The notes: generated from the letters alone by a model not told the origin. A stretch of DNA of 64,000 nt from Octopus sinensis (GCF_006345805.1 NC_043002.1:117490001-117554000), one strand, 5' to 3'; shown: positions 27,854 through 41,199, counted from the first letter of the stretch. Made by a program: numbers and translations.

Positions 27854-28170
27854 GTCATTCAGGTTTGCACTTTGCGTGCATACGTTCTTTTTTCTCCGAG
27901 CGTTTCCAGACTGGGAAAATGCTGGTCCATAAAAGAACGCGACCAGCGTTCTACAATAAAATTTCTCGACATTTTTTAATCTCGAGAAGAAAATTACACA
28001 AATTAAATAGGGTTGAAACTGCCCCTAGGGGCGAATTCCTCCCTTGGAAAAGCACTCAAACGAAAGTTGGGTGCCTTACACACCTTATTTACAAACATGT
28101 ACACAAAATATGGGCTATAAATAGTCAAAATAAACGATTACCTTCGGAGCCGAAGTGACAGCACGTCCGT

Positions 28171-28201
28171 AGATAGATAGATAGATAGATAGATAGTTAG
28201 T

Positions 28202-28287
<86 letters not shown>
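28171..28287. repeat. (GATA)n between the two Tx1 copies
   Basis: Directly visible, with TTAGTTAG variant at 28197-28204. Confidence 0.98.
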
Positions 28288-28288
<1 letters not shown>

Positions 28289-29950
28289 GTTTCTTTATTG
28301 GCCACACAGGGCTGCACACAGATGGGACAAGTTACAAGGTAGAGCTTTTCTTTTGGGGGGATGAAAAAAAAACAAAAAACAAAGGAAACAAAAAAAAATC
28401 CTTGCTACATTCACCCATCTTTTTTTAAAACATTCGCTAGACAAAACTTGCCTCTCTACTCTCACTTTCCTTTTCAAGTGGTACTTGAAGAAGTTGATGA
28501 GAGATTGACCAGAGAGGAAAGTGTTTGTCTCCAATCCTTTCAGACGCGTCCACCAGATACATTCTTTCGCCATAGCCACAAGGATGATGAAAATAGCTCT
28601 TCCTTCCCGTTTGAAGGAAGGAGGCGTGACAATATTGACGATAGACTCAGCTGATAAACCGACTCGTCCCACACGTGACAGCAGTTGTTCGACATAAGCC
28701 CACAGGTCGGAAATTGTTGGACACTGCACGAGTGCGTGCAGAACGGTTTCGTCGCTCTGACCGCATCTCGGGCAGGTCGGCCCTGTGTTTCTCGAGCCGT
28801 GTCTGTAGAGCTTATCCCGAATGGGTAGCGCTTCTCGGTAGCACTGCCAGGCCAGGGATCTCTGGAAGTTGTCCATGGGTCCTGGCCCGAAAGTCGTCCC
28901 GAACAGGCGGGTCAGGTATTCCTCGTCGACGTCCAGGTTCGCCCCGAGCTCGTCGTCGTACCTCCCCTCCACTAATCCCCTATAGAATGCTTTGGTTGTG
29001 ATGAAGTCACTCAAGGTCGACCCGGGACGGCAGAGTTGCTTGAGAGCAACGCGACACTCGCGGTGCCATTCGCCCTTCCTCTGCCTCTTTTTGATCCACG
29101 ACTGCAGTTCGGTCATGGAGACGAGTTGCGGGAAAGTGTGCCTCACAAACGGCGACCACACCTGTTCACCGTTGTCTACGTAGAGCCGGAGATGTCACAG
29201 TCTCAGCGCATGTCTGCGCATCATCAACCACGACATGCCCAGTTCTTCTTTTAACAGGTGTTGACAGCAAATGGATCGCCTGACCATCGGGACGCATCCT
29301 TTCCACAAGAAGCGAAAGAGAATGCGTTCTAGTTTGGTGATGGTAGGGTCGGGACAAGGCACGACCGTCAGGCGGTAGTAGATGACGGACGCGATGTACG
29401 TGTTCGCCACCTCCGCCCGACCTTTTAGGGACAGTTTCCTCTCGGCCCATTGCCGGGCGAGAGTGACCACCCTGCTCGTTATCTCGTTCCAGTTCTTCTC
29501 CACTCGGAGGTCCGGACCAAACCAGACCCCGAGCAACTCAACCGGGTCGTCGGTCCAGCGTCCCACGACGGAGGCGCTGGTGGACGGCATGGGCTTGCTT
29601 CTCCAGGTGCCTAGTCGCAAGCCCACTGACTTTTCCCGGTTGATTTTCACTTCCGTCACCGCTTCGTAGTTTTTCAGTGTCTCGCCGACCTGCTCGATGT
29701 GCTCATGGCTAGACACTATTACGTTGACGTCGTCCGCGTATGCTGACACGCTCGTCCCGCATCCCAGTTCTCGCGGGATGCCCCTCAAAGTTGCCAGCTT
29801 CCGCAATAATGGCTCGAGAGTCAATACGTATAGAAGCGACGAGAGGGGGCATCCCTGACGGACCGAACGTGCGATGTCGAAGGGTCTCGATAGATGTCCA
29901 TTTACGCGAATTACCGACGGGTGCCTCTGTACAAAGCGGCTATCCAGCCC
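28288..29950 (-). mobile_element. Second Tx1-clade copy, 5'-truncated, diverged subfamily
   Basis: RQGCPLS, YADD, LSLKGRAEVAN, CPRC..ETVLH; 3' end GCCCTGTGTGGCCAATAAAGAAACT-(TATC)n; many substitutions versus copy 1. Confidence 0.92.
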
Positions 29951-30126
29951 AAAACCATATAAAATAAATATACATACAAACCCACATACATACACATGCG
30001 AATAACCATATATATACATATACGTATGCCCATGCATATACATACAGACACACACACACACACATACATATAAATACACAAGCACATATATATACACATA
30101 TACATACACATACATATACACACATC

Positions 30127-30199
<73 letters not shown>

Positions 30200-30266
30200 T
30201 CGGGGTTACCACAGTAAATAAAGTACTCAATACATAGCAGAGTAAATTAATTTATTTTATAGAAGG

Positions 30267-30317
30267 AGCTTCTACAGGACTAGAACTGTTTCATTCAAAA
30301 GAAATCATCAGGAAGCT
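30267..30317 (-). ncRNA. Type-I hammerhead ribozyme motif
   Basis: Exact reverse complement of 30314-30364. Confidence 0.8.
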
Positions 30318-30364
30318 TCCTGATGATTTCTTTTGAATGAAACAGTTCTAGTCCTGTAGAAGCT
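30314..30364 (+). ncRNA. Type-I hammerhead ribozyme motif
   Basis: AGCTTC-CTGATGA-T(TTC-TTTT-GAA)T-GAAA-CAG-TTCTAGTC-CTG-TA-GAAGCT: stem I 6 bp, intact core, GUA triplet. Confidence 0.8.
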
Positions 30365-30629
30365 CCTTCTATAAAATATATAATATATATATATAATATA
30401 TATAATATATATATATATATTATATATACACATACATACAAATACACATACACATACACGCAAACACACGCACATATATATATATATATATACACATATA
30501 TATACCTACATATACACACACACACATATATATTTTTTTTCTCCTCATCTTCCTCCCTTATTTTATTTTTATTTTTATTTCCTTTTCTCTATTTGTCTCT
30601 CCCCCCTACTCCAAGCACATAGAGACACG

Positions 30630-30661
<32 letters not shown>

Positions 30662-31703
30662 CCCACACACACACACAAAAAAAAACACACGTACACACAG
30701 AGACGCGCACACACACATCTCCATAGTACAGTCATACAAAGTAGATGAATTTCTTAGCTGACCGTCTTCAAAATCATAAGGGTTTAATTTATGACCTGCC
30801 TACACACCGACACACATTCAGTGACGCTAGAATAGAGAAACGCCAAAAGTTCCTAGAACTCCCCTTGGGATTCCAGTCGGCCAAAGGGGATCCTTCTACC
30901 ACTCCCCACTCCCTTCCTTTCTATCTCGTTACCCACGGATACAAAGGCACACACTCACACACTCACACACACACTCACACGCACACTCATACACATACAC
31001 ATACACACATGTTCTCTCACTCATTTCCTCCTCATCCACTTATACATATGCATATATCTTTCTCTACATGCACATATATATACATATATATACATACACA
31101 AATACACACATGCGTACATACATAAATGTACCCACGTTCACATAAACATATGCATAATTATGCATATATAAACACACATGTATAAACGTACTTCTGTACA
31201 CATAAGCACACATAAACATCTGCCCGCTTATATAAACGCATATGCACATATAAAACCATATGTGCATATAAACATACATACGCATATATACGCATCCATA
31301 CGCATATAAATACATATATGCACACATGCATGCATACCTGTATACATAAATGCATACATGCATATACATACATACACACATATATACATACATGCACATA
31401 CATATGCATACATAAACATATGCACATATAAATACACATAGGCATATCTACACACGTACACTCACACACACTCACACACTGACACACACACACACCTATA
31501 TATACATATAAATGTCTACAAGTCCATACATTTACACACATACACATATATATATATATACATATACATATATATATATATATGTAGGTCCCGGGTTGAT
31601 TCGGGGTTAACCACAGTAAATAAGGTACTCAATACATAGCAGAGTAAAATTAATTTATTATATAGGAGCTTCTACAGGACTAGAACTGTTTCATTCAAGA
31701 GAA

Positions 31704-31754
31704 AGCTTCCTGAAGATTTCTCTTGAATGAAACAGTTCTAGTCCTGTAGAAGTT
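31704..31754 (+). ncRNA. Type-I hammerhead ribozyme motif (same family)
   Basis: AGCTTC-CTGAAGA...GAAA-CAG...CTG-TA-GAAGTT, within a TA-flanked fold-back insert ~31585-31765. Confidence 0.72.
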
Positions 31755-31773
31755 CCTTCTATATAATAAATAA

Positions 31774-31847
<74 letters not shown>

Positions 31848-32404
31848 CATTATAATATACATACATACATACATACATATATACACATACATACATACAT
31901 ATACAACATACATACATACATACATACATACATACATACACAAGTATACAAGCATATACTATACATATATATACATAAATACACATACGCATACATATAA
32001 ATACATACAAGCCTACGTATGTATACACATACACATATACATACATACATACATAAACCTATACATGTATATACTCATACTTATACATGCACATACACAT
32101 ATATATATATATATTTACATATACATAAATACACACATGCGTACATATATATACATATACACCTATACATACATACATACATACATACACATAGATACAC
32201 GCACATAAGCACAAACATATAAATATTTATATACACATAAATTTATACATATGCATACACATACACATACATATATGCTCGTGTACACACACACATGCAT
32301 TAATACATACACCCACATATACAAACATATGCGCGTATACACACATGCATATACACGCATACATATACACACACATATATATACACACATACATATATAC
32401 ATAC

Positions 32405-32457
<53 letters not shown>

Positions 32458-32700
32458 CATATATATATACACACAAACCTGCACACATATACACATACAC
32501 ACGTATACACGCCCACACATACACACGTACATACACTAATGCACACACACACATACAGATACATATATGCACTCGTATACATACATGTGCACATATACAT
32601 ATGCCCACTTCCATATATATGTATATCGTCTTAGGAGAGAAGGTAATTGGGGGTGATGAAGGAACGGTGGGGGTGGGGGGCTTTTGTGGGTGGGGTGACG

Positions 32701-33057
32701 TCAATCGGGTTGCCGGGTGGGTCTGTAATGTTTGTAGTTTGCATAAATTTTGTGCATACAGTTTGGGGAGTGTTCCGAGATCTTGTTGAGGAGAGGGCCT
32801 TTGGCGAACAAGATCTCCAGGCTTTCAGAAATGCAAAGGTCGTAGCAAGTATGGCCTCCAGTGTAAAAACGCGCCCTCTTTAGTAGTCTCCACTTGATCT
32901 TGAAGGGGATGGAGTTCCTTTTTAGGTGCCAGATATGGGCGGTGAGAATAGTCTGGTTAGATTTGTCAGGTCGCCGGAACGAATGTGTGTGGGCGTACCA
33001 GCGAGTCTTAAAACTATTTGACGTCATTCCGATGTACGATTTTCTAGGAACTGTTGG
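32701..33057 (-). pseudogene. PLE GIY-YIG endonuclease, C-terminal portion
   Basis: KSYIGMTSNSFKTRWYAHTHSFR...LTAHIWHLK...IKWRLL...LCISESLEIL...LLNKISE...CMH. Confidence 0.85.
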
Positions 33058-33455
33058 CGTTTCTCTATTCTAGCGTCACTGAATGTGTGTCGGTGTGTAG
33101 GCAGGTCATAAATTAAACCCTTATGATTTTGAAGACGGTCAGCTAAGAACTTCGTCTACTTTGTATGACTGTACTATGGAGGTATGTGTGTGCGCGTCTC
33201 TGTGTGTACGTGTGTATTTTTTTGTGTGTGTGGGGGGATGTGTGCGTGTGTGTGTGCGCGCACGTGTCTCTATGTGCTTGGAGTAGGGGGGAGAGACAAA
33301 TAGAGAAAAGGAAATAAAAATAAAAATAAAATAAGGGAGGAAGATGAGGAGAAAATATATATATGTGTGTGTATATGTGGGTATATATATGTATATATAT
33401 ATATATGTGCGTGTGTTTGCGTGTTTGCATGTATGTGTATTTGTATGTATGTATA

Positions 33456-33546
<91 letters not shown>

Positions 33547-33966
33547 GTGTGTATATGTATGTGTATGTATATGTGTATATATATATGTGCTTGTGTATTT
33601 ATATGTATGTGTGTGTGTGTGTCTGTATGTATATGCATGGGCATACGTATATGTATATATATGGATATTCGCAAGTGTATGTATGTGGGTTTGTATGTAT
33701 ATTTATTTTATATGGTTTTTCATTTATCTACTTCTTCCCTCAACTTAATAACAACAACAACAAAATGACTAAAAGCAATAGTCTTCTAATTTACCTAAAA
33801 CTCTATTCAATTATTCTATTTATTCATTTATTTACTTTATCACTGATTCTTTTGACAACTCCCTTAAGAACGATAGTTTGCGATCTGCTTACCCAAAAAA
33901 CGTCCCCCACCACCACCCCATTAAATCTGCCTAAAGGTATAAATACCAGACCTTATTTTGACAGCC

Positions 33967-34017
33967 AGCTTCCTGATGATTTCATTTGAATGAAACAGTA
34001 CTAGTCCTGTAGAAGCT
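33967..34017 (+). ncRNA. Type-I hammerhead ribozyme motif at the end of the inverted pLTR
   Basis: AGCTTC-CTGATGA...GAAA-CAG-TACTAGTC-CTG-TA-GAAGCT; loop III contains palindrome ACTAGT. Confidence 0.8.
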
Positions 34018-34021
34018 CCTT

Positions 34022-34078
<57 letters not shown>

Positions 34079-34418
34079 CCTATATATATATATAGTTATA
34101 CATACATACATTCATACATACATACAAAGCAGCGTGGAAAATGTTTATAAGCCATCACACAAAAAAAAAACACGAAAATATTTTGACACAAATTAAATTT
34201 AAATGCTGAAGTGAATCTAACGGATGTTTGTGTGTTCTTAAATGGCTTATAAACATCTTCCACGCGGCAATTATATATAATGTTATAATTATATATAAGG
34301 TTATAATGGATACAGATCGTGTATCAATAGCTATCTTAAGGCGGTGGCCTCATGGAGCTGACCAGCGGCAGCGATTATTCTTATATCTATAAGAATCCCA
34401 TATTAATATGGCGATAAC

Positions 34419-34472
<54 letters not shown>

Positions 34473-34475
<3 letters not shown>

Positions 34476-35143
34476 CGTGGTTTCAGCTCAGAGCTGCGGC
34501 CATGCTGGAATACTGCCGTTTTGCTACACGGTAATTGAGAGCCTCCTCTAATATGTGGCATTTGGTGAATAAGGGAGTTTGATGTCGCTACCTACATTTG
34601 CACCTCTTGCCATGAGGTAGGTGCATCTGGGACTCTCGACAGGAAGAGGTCCAGTTTTGATTTGAAAACACCTACATCCACTTTGTGTAGTTTCCTCAGG
34701 CTCTTTGGGAGAATATTAAAAAGCTGTGGACCCCTGAAACCCAGGCTGTTGCAGTAACTGTTCCTGAAGCGCGATGGCATTGCTGGGATCTTCGGCACTG
34801 TGAAGTGTCGATGCGTTGCCAAAATTTGGCACAATTCCTTCCAGGATCTTCCAAATGTATATTACTGCATACCTCTCCCGCCTTCGCTCCAGGGAGTAGA
34901 GTCTTGGCTGTTTCAGCCTTTCCCAGTAGCCGAACTGTTGCAATGAGACGATCTTCTTTTTGAAGCTTCGCTGGATTGCTTCAAAGTCCGCTGTTAATTT
35001 TACACTGTTGGGTGACCATAGCTGGGAGCAGTAATCCAGGCGGCTGAGGACGAATACCTTCCAGAGGACCATTATTGTTTCTTTCTCCCTGGTTCTGAAC
35101 GTTCTCAGGATCCATCCAGCTAGTCGTCTGCACTTTGTCGCCA
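34473..35143 (-). mobile_element. CR1-like LINE 3' fragment
   Basis: WILRTFRTR, LDYCSQLWSP, LYSLERRRERY, GPQLFNILP; tail CCAGCATGGCCGCAGCTCTGAGCTGAAAC; TA repeats at both ends. Confidence 0.85.
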
Positions 35144-36046
35144 TATATAAACGTAATAGATGCATTCCTGTTATATATTACACAGACTTGAAACGTACGT
35201 ATTAAATGATTTCAAGATATTTGGTTCGACTTCATTCCTACAGCTACACACACACACACACACACGTATACACATATGTACACACAAACACGCACACACA
35301 AGCACAGACATACAAACGCACGCACATATATGTATACACACACGCACATACACACGCACGCACACACATATATGTATATATATATATGTGCATGTGCTCT
35401 TTGCTTCATTCACTGGTTTCAGCCATTGGATTACCACGTACTGGAACGCAGCCTTCAAGTTTTGTTACTGTTGTTGTTATTGTTGTTTCGGTTGATTACA
35501 TACTTATTCTATTGACCAAGCATAACAGATGTTCACCATTACCTCTTTCCGCTTTGTCTTACCTCTTTCTCTCTCTCTCTCAACCTCTATGTCTTTCTCT
35601 GTTTGTTTGTCTATCTGCCTCTCTGTCTCTCTGTCTCCCTCTCTCTCTGTCTCTCTCTCTTTCTCTGTCTGTCTCTCTCTCTCTCCATGCTCACCTTACC
35701 AACGTACATCAAACACCTTTATCAGTGTTACATCGAAGACTAATTGTATATCGGCTGATGTGAAATTAACTCCTGAACACTACTGCCGCTACCTTCGCCA
35801 CCCTACCACCACCACCACCACCACCACCACCACCATAACCACAACAACCACAACAACAACAATAACAGCGACAGCCACGACAACCACGACTCCCCACAAG
35901 CACTGCCAGCATCTCCTCACACCATCACCAAATGACTCCTTAGCATCACTAGTAACAACAGCAAACAAGGCGGAACACTCACACACGAAGAAGTAAGAAA
36001 ACAAAAGGAAAAGACAACCGACTACACCACCACCACCACCACCACC

Positions 36047-36080
<34 letters not shown>

Positions 36081-36506
36081 TCATCGCCGTCGTCGTCGTC
36101 GTCGTAGCCACTACCATCACCGCCGCCACCGCCGACCGCTGTTGCCACCAACACCTCCGTCATCTCCACTACTACCACCCCCATCATCACTATCACGACC
36201 ACTGCAGCCGCTGCCACCACAGCTTCAGTCATCATCATCATCATCATCAACGTCGTCGTCCTCGACCTCGTTGTCGTCGTCGTCGTCATCACGAATGTTA
36301 ATTTCCCTACCCCACCCAGATATAAAACATCACCCCTTTTCTTTCCTCACTCAGACTCCCACTCTTTCATCTCCCACCCCCATCCTTGCATATTTCGCTT
36401 ACTTACCCGAATGCGGTAAACGAACGAGATGCACGCATGCACAAACACAATCACGCGCACAATTCTCACATACGCGTATATAGACTCGCACACAAACACA
36501 CACACA

Positions 36507-36551
<45 letters not shown>

Positions 36552-37169
36552 GTACATGTTACAAGAACACATATACATTCCTATATAGACAATCACACAT
36601 CCGGAAACAATATATAAAATCTCACTGACACACACACATCCAAATACACAACCACATAAAATCACTCACGAAACCACTCACGTACATCCAGGCGCAATCA
36701 CATATCCACATAGTCAAAAGTACACACACACACACATACACGTACATAGCAACCCTTCCTACATCAGCATACACATATACAGACAGTCATGCATTCATCA
36801 ACAGAAATACATATAACACTCACACTCCAACCAAACAAATGTATAATAGGAGGATACAATTGAAAACAGCGCACGGAATTATTTACTGTGTCTCAGATGT
36901 CTTGCGGACAGGATGAGGTACGATGTTCCCCAATTATTTTTGGCACAGAGATGGTACTGGAGATTTACGTATCCTTCAGGAACTGGCTTCTATGTAAGTA
37001 ACAAACTGGCCTGTTACTGTCTCTTTGAAATGTTTAGCCACATTTATTCAGTTTTTCGAACGAAAACAACTTGCGCATTTTGTTTGTAGTTTCAAACTAA
37101 AATATCAGCTATTATAAAATACACTCAAAAGGTAGAACTGAATGGAAATAGTTACCCTGCGTTTAAATA

Positions 37170-37671
37170 CTGTAAATCCTCGAGTATAGTCCGCTGGGGA
37201 TTTTTAGGGGGCTGTACCTCTGAAAAACCTAAACCTTGTGTATAATACGCACCCCTTCTCTAACTTGAGTCAAGGAGGTCTATATAACGTCCTTGGTTTG
37301 TAAAAATGTATATTGTAACGTCCTTTATTATTATTGTATATATAACAATGCAAACATGTAGCTTTTTTGTGCATTTTGTTTGCAGAAAATAAAGAAATAA
37401 CAGTAATAACAGTAATAACGTTTAATAAATGTTGCTTACTGTAAGTTATGAAAGCTCCTTTTATGACTTCATTGCTTTCAGGCTTAGCTTAAGGTATTTT
37501 CATGTCCGGCATCACAAAATGCATCTGAATAAACATAGCCAGACAGCAAATAGAGACTCGGACATTGCTTAGAAAATATTTTTCATTTTTAACCTCGTAT
37601 ATAGTATGCACTAGGGAGTTTGACTTTTAAATTTTTGGGGGAAAATGCGGATTATACTCGAAGATTTACGG
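37170..37671. mobile_element. Tc1/mariner-pogo-type non-autonomous DNA transposon
   Basis: TIRs CTGTAAATCCTCGAGTATAGTCCGC / GCGGATTATACTCGAAGATTTACGG; TA on both sides. Confidence 0.88.
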
Positions 37672-37737
37672 TAGTTTTGTTAATCCTTTACTATTTCTGT
37701 GACGTTTTTCTTTCTTCCTAATTTCTTGTATTAGTAG

Positions 37738-38390
37738 TAAGGCGAAAAAAAGGCGAGCTGGCAAGCAGAAACAAAATGCTTAGCGGCATTTCGTCCGTCT
37801 TTACGTTCTAGGCTCAAATTCCGCCCGGCTTGACTTTGTCCTTGATCTTTTCGTGGTCTATAAAATAAATATGTCAATTATTGATGTAATCAACTACCCG
37901 CCTCCTCTGAAATTGCTGGCTGTGTGCCAAAATTTGAAATTACTATTAGTAAGGCATTGCGCCTATAGTAGAAAGGATTATTAGAAAGGCAAAAGCGTCG
38001 AGCACACCAGACAAAATGCTTAGAACATTTCGCCTGTATTTACGTTCTGAGTTCAAATTCCGCAGAGGTCGACTTTGCTTTTCATCATTACAGGATCTAT
38101 AAAATATATACCAGTTGAATACTGGGGGTTGATGTGATCGAATAGCTCCCTTCCCAGAAATTGCTGGCCTTCTGCCAAAATTTGGAATTATTATTAGTAA
38201 GACGGCAAATTGGTAGAATCAAGCGCATCGACTCTTTAGTGCTGAGCTCAAATCCCACAGAAATCAGCTTTGCTTTTCATCCTTTAAGGATCGATAAAAT
38301 AAGAACCGGTTTAGCGCTGGGATCGATGTAATCGATTTACCCCCGCCCCTCAACATTGCCGGTCTTGTGCCATAAATTAGAAAAAATTTA
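37738..38390 (+). mobile_element. Tandem cluster of ~3 family-A SINEs
   Basis: Repeated TTTACGTTCT...TCAAATTCC...TTTCATC units separated by ATTATTAGTAAG-like linkers. Confidence 0.85.
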
Positions 38391-40069
38391 GAGGCTGTGA
38401 GCTGGTAAATCTATTTCACTGTGGAATTTCGGCGTTAGTCGAAATTCAAGAACTCCTTGCGACCTTTTGCAGAAACCTAGGATTCCGACGAAAGCCAGTT
38501 AGAAAGGATTTTGTTTACTTTTGTGTCACCTGTTGAACCTCTTTAATTAATTTAACCAGTCACAGCGAGTTTTAACATTTTTTGTTTTGCATTTTAACGT
38601 TTTTTAAATATCTTTTCTGTCTGCTTTCTAAAATCGTATGAATTTAGCTCCGTTGTGGAATTTAGTATTAATCGTCTTAAATTTTAACCACTTTCCGCAA
38701 GTTTTAACCCATTGTTTTTTCTTCTAATTTTCCTTCTGATATTCTATCAGATTATCCTTACCATGAAAATCGACGTTAATCAAGTATGATACTCCTGCTA
38801 AATCCTCCATCACCTGTTTTATCTCTTTAGCCACACGTACCCAGTTCTAACTAGTTTGTCCTTTTTTGCTGTTCCTTCTTCACTTTTTTAATATTCCACC
38901 AAAATGGAAACTGTGTCAGAGACCAGGTCGCAGACAATGCGACGAAAATTTTGACACCAAATAATAAATGATTCAGCGAAATTAACAGTTTCTGTGTTTT
39001 TTGAAAGTCTAAAGTGAATTTTCAGTTCTGTGGTTGCTACCTTATTGTCGTCAACATAAAATTCAACGTAGAATTCGCTGTTAGTCAAATGAAATATTTC
39101 CTTAAACTCTTACTACTTATTTACACTCTTCAGCCAAATTTTACTCTTACCACTTCTTCCTAGCTTTCCTAATTTTTGAATGGCTAAATGTGTATCTTCC
39201 ACGCTGTAATTGTTTTAGTTTCAACACACGACCCCAAATCAAATTATTGCCTGGCAAGCACATCTCCGAACTTCATTCTGCCAAATTATTGTCACATTGT
39301 CACTATGGAATTACGTGTTAGTTGAATAAGACAATCTTAATAAATCTCATGTTTTTTTCCTCACTTAACATCTCTTTCTAATAATCGTTTTCTTTTTAAT
39401 ATCCTTCCAAAATGCTATACAATTCGAGTGTTAGTCGCTAATTGTGATAATTCTTATATTTAGTTTCTTTAACCAGTTGGGTTTCATTTACTGTTCCTTT
39501 CTCACTTTTTCTAACGTTTTGCCAATTCAACGTCAGACTAGTAAGACTTGTCACTTGGACTAGTCGTCAGTTCCAGCTAATTTGAAGCAAGTTTTAATTA
39601 GTTTTGTTTCCTACTTAACAGAAATATTCTTACAAATTATCGTCTTCAGAAAATTCGACCTTAATCGAATACGATATACCTGTGAGTAGTAAGTTATTCT
39701 CCTTTACTCTCAGATAGTGTAGACATATGACCAATGGTGGTCCCGCCGCGACCATTTCGACATTTTAGAAAATATCTAGGATTATATTATGCCATTTATC
39801 CATTCCTTCTGAAAAAAAAAACTGTAGGGTATAATTTGAGAGAGACTTGACTGCTAATTCTAGCAGATTGACGGAACTTATGGATTGAATGATGTATAAA
39901 CCAAACAATCGTATAGAATTACTTAATCAGAGCGAGGGTGGCAATTCAATGGTGAAGTGGTGCGTTGCGGTGAGGAGAAAGGACTAGTCCGAGGTTGCCT
40001 GCTGAAGTATCTACTTCACACTCACTCGATGAGCAGAATTTTAAGCTAAGAAAACATTCCCTAAATGAT

Positions 40070-40260
40070 GTTGTTGCTGTTGTTGCTGTCGATCCCTCGG
40101 GCAGACTTGCTTGGAAATCCTTCTTTTGTTTTTTCCATGTGCAGAGCTCCTAGTTTAACCAAGATTATCCAAGGCGTCTTTTTCTAAGACGATATGGAGA
40201 TTCTGCTGCTATTTCTAGCAGGTAGTGCTACTGCATAGAGGCTCCCTCGTTGACTCAATT
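40070..40260 (+). repeat. Old dispersed repeat (representative copy)
   Basis: Motif ...GATTT.GCTGCTATTTCTAGCAGG...AGAGGCTCCCTCG; related pieces near 1030, 10040, 13190-13380, 19355-19560, 20230-20395, 39730-39890, 56500-56585. Confidence 0.6.
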
Positions 40261-40579
40261 CTTTAAAAGTTAACGGAGCTGTTGTCTTCTTCCAATCAGA
40301 CTTACGCCATCAGCCTCAAAGAATAATCTCTAATTCGAGCCTACTCTAAGCTACTAAGAATGCGTTTCACAACTTGAAGATCCACCCACCACACGCGATA
40401 GACTGGCGGTTGCACGGGCGCGAAAGCTACGTTGTTATCCTCATTCCGCAAACGGTGGCTTTAAACGGGTGGAGAGCTGAACCATCCTAAGGTACAGAGG
40501 ATTCGCAATCTAGACATGGTTCTGAAAGTTTACCACACCATAGTGGGTTACACCATGGTTCCGCTGCTTTGTGGCAGAA

Positions 40580-40778
40580 GTAGGAAGAAATAGTGAGAGA
40601 AAGTTATGGTGAAAGAGTACAGCGGGGTTCACCCCCCACCCCCACCCCCGGCCGGTGCCTCGTGGAGCTTAGGTGGTTTTGCTCAATAAACACTCACAAT
40701 GCCCGGTCTGGGAATCGAATCGGCGTTCTTACGACCGCGAGTCCGCTGCCCTAACCACTGGGCTATTGCGCCTCCACA
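40580..40778 (-). mobile_element. tRNA-derived SINE, family D
   Basis: Reverse complement: GGAGGCGCAATAGCCCAGTGGTTAGGGCAGCGGACTCGCG...GATTCGATTCCC then non-tRNA body. Confidence 0.75.
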
Positions 40779-41199
40779 CATAGCTGTTGTTGCTGCTGCC
40801 GTATACAATGCAGTGTTTACTCAAGTCTCCAGGTGCCTGATTACGTCCACATAGACTGAGACATTTCACTGTTAGATGTCTTAAAAACAGCACCAGAAAT
40901 TGCTTACAAACTGCTGGCACAAACTGAGAAGCACAGTTTCTCAACCATTTTGATTTTGTGATACATTTCGGAACATAAAAAAAAACTGACAGGCATACTT
41001 CGTATGGAAGTTTATAAAAAAGTATAAAACTATTGTTCACCTTGTGATACTAACCGTACTCGTGTATAACAAAATTTTATGAATGTTATTAATACAGTTA
41101 ATAACATTTTATCAACTCTGACCTTCGCGAGTTTCGTTAAATTTAATGAGTTTTCATTCCAACTCCCACATATCGGAATTCTACTTTCTGCATCTACTA

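Larger units (their letters stand above)
22300..28170 (-). mobile_element. Full-length Tx1-clade (L1 group) LINE flanked by (GATA)n on both sides
   Basis: ~320-nt 5'UTR, ORF1 with zinc knuckle, ORF2 APE-RT-ZnF, 3'UTR ending AATAAAAAGT-(TATC)n. Confidence 0.93.
29951..34027 (-). mobile_element. 5'-truncated Penelope-like element with inverted pLTR and microsatellite-rich 3' region
   Basis: GIY-YIG C-terminal part at 32701-33050; 33043-33720 (+) is the reverse complement of 29951-30858; HHR at 33967-34017. Confidence 0.8.

Noticed and set aside
40700-40778. tRNA gene (also 54572, 59495, 17340-17415)
   Set aside because: A/B boxes present but no complete cloverleaf; each matches a repeated SINE head
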